This document shows positions 52,701 to 60,340 of a stretch of 60,340 bases of DNA, one piece after another (position 1 is the first letter of the stretch; each line of letters begins with the position of its first letter). The stretch covers positions 1 to 60,340 of the forward strand of contig MQRK01233318.1 of assembly GCA_001938485.1 (NCBI GenBank), written 5' to 3'. Below the pieces are notes generated by a model. The model made no database searches and was not told the origin of the DNA. It saw only the letters and a program-made list of their open reading frames with translations. This DNA is from Girardia tigrina (taxonomy: Eukaryota). The position numbers and the translations under genes were made by a program.

Positions 52701-55700
52701 ACATCACCTTTTGCATTCAATAAACATTTTAAACAATCAGGAAGGGTAGAAATGAGTTTTTCACACTGTTGAGGAGTGATTTCATTCCATATTTGTTGCA
52801 GAATAGCTTTTAATTCTTCCTTGCTTTGAGATGTTCTTTGCTTCACTCGTTTCTTCATCATTCCTCAGAGATTTTCGATTTGCGACATGTCAGGACTGTT
52901 GCTGGACCAAGTAATTTTTCAATATGATGGTCTTCTAGCAATTTCTGAGTTGACTTTGCCGTATGTGATGAGGCACCATCTTCTTGGAAAATATATTCAC
53001 CATCTGGGTGTATATGTGCCAGATTTGGAAGTATAGATTGCTCCAGAATTTATTGATATTGATAACTGCATTCAACATTCAATCGATAAAATGTAGATTG
53101 CCAACACCTTTGCTGCTCAAGCAACTCCATACCATGACAATTTGAGGAAATTTTACTGAGCATGTGAGGCAATGAGGATGAAATGCTTCCTTTCTTGTTC
53201 GAATAACCACATTGCGATGACTACCATATGACACAAAAAGGTGGATTCATCACTGAAAACCACTCGTTTCCACATATTCAAGCTCCATTGACTGTAATGT
53301 TTACCCCACTCATGTCGCTTTTTCTTTTGAACATCTTTTAAAAGAGGTTTCTCTTTTGGCGATAATAGGAATATCCAAGCTCGTGAACGGCAAGTTTCAG
53401 CAGAAACATGGACATTGGTAGTTTCAGATCATGTTTGTGTGACTTACAATGTTGTAGCATGGCGATGACTTTTGATGATGTTACGCAGTGCTTTGTCATC
53501 TCTCTTGGTTGTGATTCGAGGGTGTCCAGATGCCTTTGACGCCATTGCACTTCCTGTAGTTTTGTATTTAGTCACAATATCATGAACAACACTTTTTGGA
53601 AGTGTCATTTCTTGAGCAATTATTCGCGTAGATTTTCTTTCTAAATGCTTTGCAATGATAATATTACGAACACATGGAGATAAAGTTCTTCCACGACCCA
53701 TAATGAGAACGAAAAATGATTAACAAATGAGCTAACCTCCTTTATATATCATGTCACAGTCTTATTTCTAATAAATCTATATTTAGAGTGACTCTAACAC
53801 ATAATTGGTGGGAAATATTGTTTGTGTGTGTAATTTAAGGATGTATATACAACTGTATGTGACATTAGAGCACAAATTATAAATATTATATACTGTTTAA
53901 TTCATTAGATTAAAGTGTCCGAATACTTTTGTGTTGAATTTTGCCTGTCTGGATACTTTTGAGGTGGATGATAATTTTTTTAACTGTGATATCTGTGTCT
54001 AAAAAATATTTTAGACACAAATCTTTATTGGAATGTATTACTAACATAATTACTTGATTACAGGCAAAATAACAATTGCTTCTGAAGTATACTTTTCATG
54101 TTACAGACATTTGAAAATTTTAGTTTGCTTAAAATATCAAGTGTCCGGATACTTTTGTGTTGGGGTTATATGTAATACAAAACTTTATTATGGAAGATGA
54201 TATGAATGTAATTAACAATCTGAACTGAATAATCTGATTAGTTAATTAAATATAAATGGTATTTTTGTTCTTCCAATTACGAGATATACTACAGTTATCC
54301 ATTACAATAAATGTTTTATTTCATTCAATTTAGACACGGGCAACTTTTCACGCAAAACAAATAGCAACCTTAAAATCTTTAAAAGTCAAAAAATTTTCGT
54401 CAAAATATATTGTGATTAATTTCGACGGATCGACCGTCATCATCAGACTGAATTAACAATGATATACTCGCGTTTATATATCAAAGCAATGTTTATGTAA
54501 TCATTATATCATTTAAATCATGAAAATACTTTCAATAAAGTTGAAGAGGACGGTGTTTGGACATTGATTTTAGGATCAAAAGATTTGATCAACAATGCTT
54601 CACACATCACCCTCTTCCAGTAATTATCAAATTGTGAACACAAAATCTTAAAATTACTTACATCAACTTTACTATTCAAACAGTTCTTCTTATGTTGAGT
54701 AATATTGCTATCACTTTCCCTGCGATTATGTTCTTGAATCCGTTTACAGAGATGACGACAAGTCTCTCCGATGTATGTGGCGTCACACCCATTACATTTA
54801 TTTTGATAAACTAAATTGGAACATAACTCAGTTGGAGTGATAGATTTACTAATGATTACTAATGATATAATGATTAAATAAACATTGCTTTTATATATAA
54901 ACGCGAGTATATCATTGTTAATTCAGTCTGATGATGACGGTTGATCCGTCGAAATTAATCACAATATATTTTGACGAAAATTTTTTGACTTTTAAAAATT
55001 CATTATCGTCATTTTTTAAATATTGATATGAATCTTATCCTACTGCAATAAAGATTTTTAGAAGACATCAAAATTTTGGAATCGGTAAATCGAAAACAAT
55101 TAGATATTCAGTTTTTAGAAACTTGTATTGATGAACACATTATCCAATCGTTCATTTTCAAATCGAAATTGCACGAATGTTTGTCATCAGAAGATGTCAG
55201 AAGAATACTTAGAAGAATGATGGAAGTTGAAAATAAAAGATTGGATAATTTGACGAAACAAATAGCTTTGATCAATACCGCTTTGCATAATGTAAGTGAT
55301 GTTGATTGTTTTCATTTATGTTTTGCTATTTCTGAAAATATTAGTTAAAAAGCATGTAATGATAAAATTGTGACACAAAATAAAAAGTTAAATAATTTAC
55401 GGATTGTAAGTAATTTTAAGATTTTGTGTTCACAATTTGATAATTACTGGGAGAGGGTGATGTGTGAAGCATTGTTGATCAAATATTTTGATCCTAAAAT
55501 CAATGTCCAAACACCATCATCTTCAACTTTGTTGAAAGTATTTTCATGATTTAAATGACATAATGATTACATAAACATTGCTTGGATATATAAACGCGAG
55601 TATATCATTGTTAATTCAGTCTGATGATGACGGTCGATCCGTCGAAATTAATCACAATATATTTTGACGAAAAATTTTTGACTTTTAAAAATTCATTATC

Positions 55701-56477
55701 GTCATTTTTTAAATACTTAAAATCTTTCATTGTCTTTTTGTATAACTCATCAATCGAAAGTTTTCTCTTTCCAAATGAGTTTAGGATTTGTTGGAGCTGA
55801 TGAGATTCCAACTTCAAATATCTTATGAAACAATATTGCGAGAATTATTACTAATTATTTATCAAACTAAAATGATTAATTTTTACAAAAAAATATTTCA
55901 AAGAGAAAATATTTTCCTTTTTTCTTCTTGGAAACAATCCAGATAGTTACTAAAATTTTACTAATGCGATCTTAACAATGAATTTCTTTGCTACTGAGAC
56001 CACGTTTCTGACGAAAGAGTTTAAATAAAATGACAATCATAACTTCACAATCATAAAAATAATAAATCGCAATATTTAAATAAATATTAAATATACTTGT
56101 TTGGCGGTGTACAATTTTAACAATGGAGATAAAATTCTCATCATAGCTAAATCTTCTTTGGTAGCCATCTGATTTTCTTGTAGCCCCAATAATTTCATTA
56201 CGTCCATAACAAAATAAAAGGCAGCACGGGATTCAATCTAATGTATCATTGATTATAATTAAATAATTCATTATAATTCTACATCTAAGTCTGCCAACAC
56301 TGATACATGTAATGGTTTATCAATCAATAGTGATCCAAAAGATTCTCTTTTTTTAGAATATTCTGTGGCGAGTAAAACTATTCTTCTCATTCCACTAACG
56401 GCTGCGATTGCATTGTGGATTCTGGTTATTGTAAGCATTCCCGCTATGGACGATATACCACGACCAGTTTCACTAAG
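49774..56477 (-). CDS. Acyl-CoA dehydrogenase of the AidB/ACAD11-like group, 3' exons (5' part not located)
   Basis: Frame-consistent GT-AG exons: 56477-56283 (GRGISSIAGMLTITRIHNA..RESFG..PLH), 56237-56097 (RILSPLLKLYTAKQ), 50437-50345 (SEGLECFGGQGYIESTGLP..RDAQ), 50299-50020 (VLPIWEGTTNILSLDVLR), 49975-49909 and 49858-49774 (stop). Confidence 0.9.
51055..51136. mobile_element. Probable PIF/Harbinger-like MITE right end
   Basis: Ends GGACGTCCTTAATGGATGCTCCC|TTA with an internal GGGGGAGGGGTCAAAA. The other end is unclear across the gap. Confidence 0.35.
51800..52400 (+). repeat. Possible Helentron-associated (HINE/DINE-like) repeat with an internal duplicated block
   Basis: Two related blocks (GTGTTGATTTAAC..ACAGAACCGT(T/C)TCGATT..GCTAT) followed by a GACCGACAAACAAACAAACACAC microsatellite. 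Confidence 0.4.
52405..54168 (-). mobile_element. Full-length but decayed Tc1 transposon with long (IR/DR-type) TIRs
   Basis: TIRs of about 200-250 bp with repeated AAAAGTATCCGGACA motifs and TA flanks. Transposase runs from MGRGRTLS (53701) through VVFSDES, FQEDGASSH and SPDMSQIENL. Confidence 0.93.
54405..54460 (-). ncRNA. Minimal type-I hammerhead ribozyme motif, copy 1
   Basis: CUGAUGA-U-GACGG(UCGAU)CCGUC-GAAA-UUAA-UC, with palindromic AUUAAU in place of stem III. Confidence 0.7.
54915..54970 (+). ncRNA. Minimal type-I hammerhead ribozyme motif, copy 2
   Basis: Same core as copy 1, with loop UUGAU. Predicted cleavage after C54960. Confidence 0.7.
55608..55663 (+). ncRNA. Minimal type-I hammerhead ribozyme motif, copy 3
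   Basis: Same core as copy 1. Predicted cleavage after C55653. Confidence 0.7.
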
Positions 56478-57066
56478 CTAAAAATATTTTTTCCTTTTTA
56501 TCAATTATTTTATTTATTAATTTTGATGATTTAACCCTTTCAATACTGTTGGGACATATTGTCCCAGAGAATTTCTAATAATTACTAATATAATTTTAAT
56601 GCTTACATATGTATTGGGATCTGCGATATTTATACTGTAGGAGGATCATAGGCTCGTAAACAAGTCTAAATATTTTGGGCTATTATTACATGGATTACTA
56701 AAATAAAAAAACAGTGTTGAATAATTAGCATTTCATTTTGTTTAGTGATTATTCAACATGTACATTTTCAAATCAAGGAAAAAAAGACTCTTTTATTTAT
56801 GGAACAAGATGAGATGAAAGAAAATAACAATTTAAAAGCTTCAATTTTACTTTTTAGGTAATATACATAGACCGTACTAGACACAATAAATTACGCGCTT
56901 CTTAGGGTAAAGAAAATAAATAAATTTCTTTGGGAAGTCAAATTTCAAAGTAAGGTGTAGCACATAATTCTGTACTTTTGAATAAGCAAAAGTAGCAATG
57001 ATATGGCGTGAAGAAAAAGAACTTATATGTATGACTTCATGAAGGATATAAAGGTGTTTTCTTTAT

Positions 57067-57740
57067 AATTTTTGCTAAGAGTCTATTGATATTAAAAAAG
57101 TTTCCTGTTATATGCATTACGTTAGTTAATCTAAAACTAAGTTTGAACTAAAAAATACAAAGACAGGACATCTGTCTATGTAATCTTATTGTAACAACTA
57201 GAAGATGATTTACAATCGGTTATTTATTTAATCAAACTTTTCATTAAGTACAGTACCGGTCAAAAGTCTTGAGCCACCCTTTACACTTTTAAAAGTAACG
57301 TTGTTAAATTGAAATTTATAGTTTGCTACAGTTGAAAAAGCTGTATATGAAGCACAATCTACAGATGAAGCCATCAGAATAATATCAAATACGATATGCA
57401 AACACAGCAACACAAAATGGCCTTTGAACAGGTACTCATTTTTTATGCGGTCAAAAGTCTTGAGCCACCCTTACTTTTTTACTATTTTGTGCAAAATCAC
57501 AAAATGAAAACCATAAAGAACATTTATTATTCGAATAATGAATATAATAATTAATTTAATACTTTGTTATTCCTCCATTAGCGGCTAAAACAGCATTTAT
57601 CCTTGTTTTAAAGTAAGCATGTAAATTTCGTATATAGTCACTCGGAACTTTGAAAAATTCTTTTTTAAAGTTCATCCAAAGTTCGTTAATATTGTTAAAT
57701 TGAGTAAGATATAGTTTCTGTTTTACATAAGACCACATAT
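57067..57740. repeat. Duplicate of about 57791-58494 across a gap (probable allelic/assembly duplication) including one Tc1 end
   Basis: Near-identical sequence on both sides of a 50-N gap, differing by a few SNPs and a ~29-bp indel. Confidence 0.85.
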
Positions 57741-58003
57741 NNNNNNNNNNNNNNNNNNNNNNNNNNNNNNNNNNNNNNNNNNNNNNNNNNAATTTTTGCT
57801 AAGAGTCTATTGATATTAAAAAAGTTTCCTGTTATATGCATTACGTTAGTTAATCTAAAACTAAGTTTGAACTAAAAAATACAAAGACAGGACATCTGTC
57901 TATGTAATCGAGTCTTTATTCTTATTTAATTGAATCTGTTATTGTAACAACTAGAAGATGATTTACAATCGGTTATTTATTTAATCAAACTTTTCATTAA
58001 GTA

Positions 58004-59635
58004 CAGTACCGGTCAAAAGTCTTGAGCCACCCCTTTACACTTTTAAAAGTAACGTTGTTAAATTGAAATTTATAGTTTGCTACAGTTGAAAAAGCTGTAT
58101 ATGAAGCACAATCTACAGATGAAGCCATCAGAATAATATCAAATACGATATGCAAACACAGCAACACAAAATGGCCTTTGAACAGGTACTCATTTTTTAT
58201 GCGGTCAAAAGTCTTGAGCCACCCTTACTTTTTTACTATTTTGTGCAAAATCACAAAATGAAAACCATAAAGAACATTTATTATTCGAATAATGAATATA
58301 ATAATTCATTTAATACTTTGTTATTCCTCCATTAGCGGCTAAAACAGCATTTATCCTTGTTTTAAAGTAAGCATATAAATTTCGTATATAGTCACTCGGA
58401 ACTTTGAAAAATTCTTTTTTAAAGTTCATCCAAAGTTCGTTAATATTGTTAAATTGAGTAAGATATAGTTTCTGTTTTACATAAGACCACATATTTTCAA
58501 TTACATTTAAATCAGAACTTTGTGCTGGCCAATCACAAATGTAGTTGATTGCATTTTCTTCAAAAATGTTATTGATTGCCTACTTCTATGACAAGGAGCA
58601 CTGTCCTGTTGAAAAATTTCGTCGGAATAATAATTTGGGATAAGTTCATTTTGCAGTAGTGATATATATTCAGTGGAATTCATATAATTGCTGCATTTAA
58701 CCAAAAAGCGAGAACCATCCGATTTAATGAATCCCCATATCACTAGAGATTTCCCTCAAATTTCATTGAAGACTTTACATTCCTAGGATGAAATCGTTGT
58801 TTTCTGCTTCTTCTGACATGTACACGACGGTTTGGGTATAAATAAATCTTTGTTTCATCAGAAAAAATATTTTTTTTTGCAATATTCATCGCTTATTGTA
58901 CTATACTGATGGCACCAGTGCTTTCACGTTTTGATTTGCTTTGTTGTTAAGTGATGTTTCAAAACAGGTTTTCGTCGATACCAACCATATTGTCGAAAGA
59001 ATCGTTTGAGTGTTGAATTAGAGATTATTTCTCTACTAATCCACTTTTCTTGAAGAATTGTTAAAGATTGAAAAGGTTTTTTCTTGCTCATTATTATCAA
59101 ATAACTTCTTTCTCGTAGAGTTGTCTTTGCAAAACGGCCTGATCTGTACCTATCTGCTACAGACGTAGTGTTTAGAAATTTTTGATATATTTCCTGTACA
59201 ATTCTTCACGAAACTCCAAATTCTTCTGCCACTTATCTTTGAGATTTCTTGTTTTTCATTTCATCAACAATTTTCCATCTTTTCAGTTCAGATATTTTGG
59301 TCATTTTCTACTTATATATTAATGTAATTTATGGCATAAAACATACTTATCCTTTCGAAACAAAAAAAAATGTAAATTTTAATTATAACGACAGTTTGAA
59401 AGTAGCTCAAAACTTTTGACCCAATAGAATATTTATTTTACCATTTAGAATGTTAAAGAAGGACATATTTTTAATACCCATACCATTACATAATGCAGGA
59501 TTATCTGGTTTATAAAATATGTTAAATTTATTTCAACAGATTATATCATTTTAATTTATCATTTTAATATAATTTTAATAAATTTGTGAAATTTTGAAAT
59601 ATTTTTAGATGGCTCAAGACTTTTGACCGGTACTG
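58004..59635 (-). mobile_element. Tc1 transposon, both TIRs present, transposase decayed
   Basis: TA|CAGTACCGGTCAAAAGTCTTGAGCCA ... TGGCTCAAGACTTTTGACCGGTACTG|TA. Motifs FSDETK, IWGFI, FQQDSAPCH and IENMWSYVK. Confidence 0.93.
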
Positions 59636-60340
59636 TATTTACAAAATATATTCTAAGCACAGTAAAATTATTTTTTTCATTTATATAAACATTTAATTTT
59701 AAATTTCATTTGTAAAAACTATTTAATTTCTTTTTAAGTAGCTTGTTATTATAAATTTACGGAATAACTTTCATTTATTTTATTATTTCTTTTAAAGTTC
59801 TTAATATAAAATTTTCTACTGAATATATCTGAGAGAAGTATTCGTAATGTCAATATCAGAAGTCATTTTCACTCAATTTATCTCCTCATACTTGCTATTT
59901 GTGTTCTTGAAGTATGTATTTTTAAAATTTTTGTTACAGACCTTTTCCAAATTGTGTTAAAATATTCCAATTTATATTCAATATATGGAATATCTTACAA
60001 ATTATACGGTAACAGTATTAATTGATTCAATTTTGGATGTGAATTTGCAACATTAAGTACATTCTTTTTGCATTTTTCATGTTTTATCAACTGAATAAAT
60101 GCTTAATTCTGAAAACTGTTCATGAAATATTTAACATTAAAACCTTTTTTTGTATTTTTTTTAGAAAATTGACTTTTTAAACTCTTTGAAATTCAATGAC
60201 CAACAATAAATTTTATGAAGCGCAAGATTATTTGATTATTGTCATAGAGATTGGTAAAAACAACTGTTACTTTTATATTAATATGGAAAATAAAAGTACC
60301 ACAACTAAACTACATGAACCTTTAAACATTTATAATAATA

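Larger units (their letters stand above)
54370..55712. mobile_element. Penelope-like element: inverted 3' fragment plus an internally deleted copy between two pLTRs
   Basis: Minus strand 54520-54840 encodes a GIY-YIG endonuclease (NLVYQNKCNGCDATYIGETCRHL..RIQEH..EALLI..PKIN). The plus strand has pLTR (about 54865-55020), ORF start, deletion junction, endonuclease tail and pLTR (about 55550-55712). Confidence 0.9.

Noticed and set aside
49774-56477. Bacterial aidB horizontal transfer or contamination
   Set aside because: The gene has multiple spliceosomal introns and host-like composition, and AidB-like dehydrogenases are known in invertebrates.
57067-58494. Real tandem duplication of a Tc1 end
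   Set aside because: The copies abut a small gap and include identical flanking DNA, which is typical of uncollapsed haplotypes.

Overview
AT-rich eukaryotic scaffold with several N-gaps. The 45-60 nt GT-AG introns and the repeat types suggest a planarian or similar flatworm, which is inference only. Three host genes can be read, all on the minus strand: a multi-exon Cdc25-family phosphatase (about 949-8195), an intronless, divergent otopetrin-like membrane protein (38081-39562) that has a broken inverted partial copy at 31874-32511, and the 3' exons of an AidB/ACAD11-like acyl-CoA dehydrogenase (49774-56477, whose 5' exons were not located). Most of the remainder is decayed or nested transposable elements: Tc1/mariner/IS630-like, pogo, MULE, hAT and piggyBac MITEs, Ty3/Gypsy-type LTR elements, RLE-type LINEs and Penelope-like elements. 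I see no convincing novel multi-gene system. The best candidates for follow-up are a Penelope-derived 693-nt unit bounded by minimal hammerhead ribozymes inside a host intron, a 3.46-kb apparently non-coding TG..CA insert (a giant solo-LTR candidate) inside a pogo element, the otopetrin-like gene lacking the conserved FYRxH histidine, an intron-bearing Tc1 transposase, and a conserved, structured ~100-nt motif shared by two loci.
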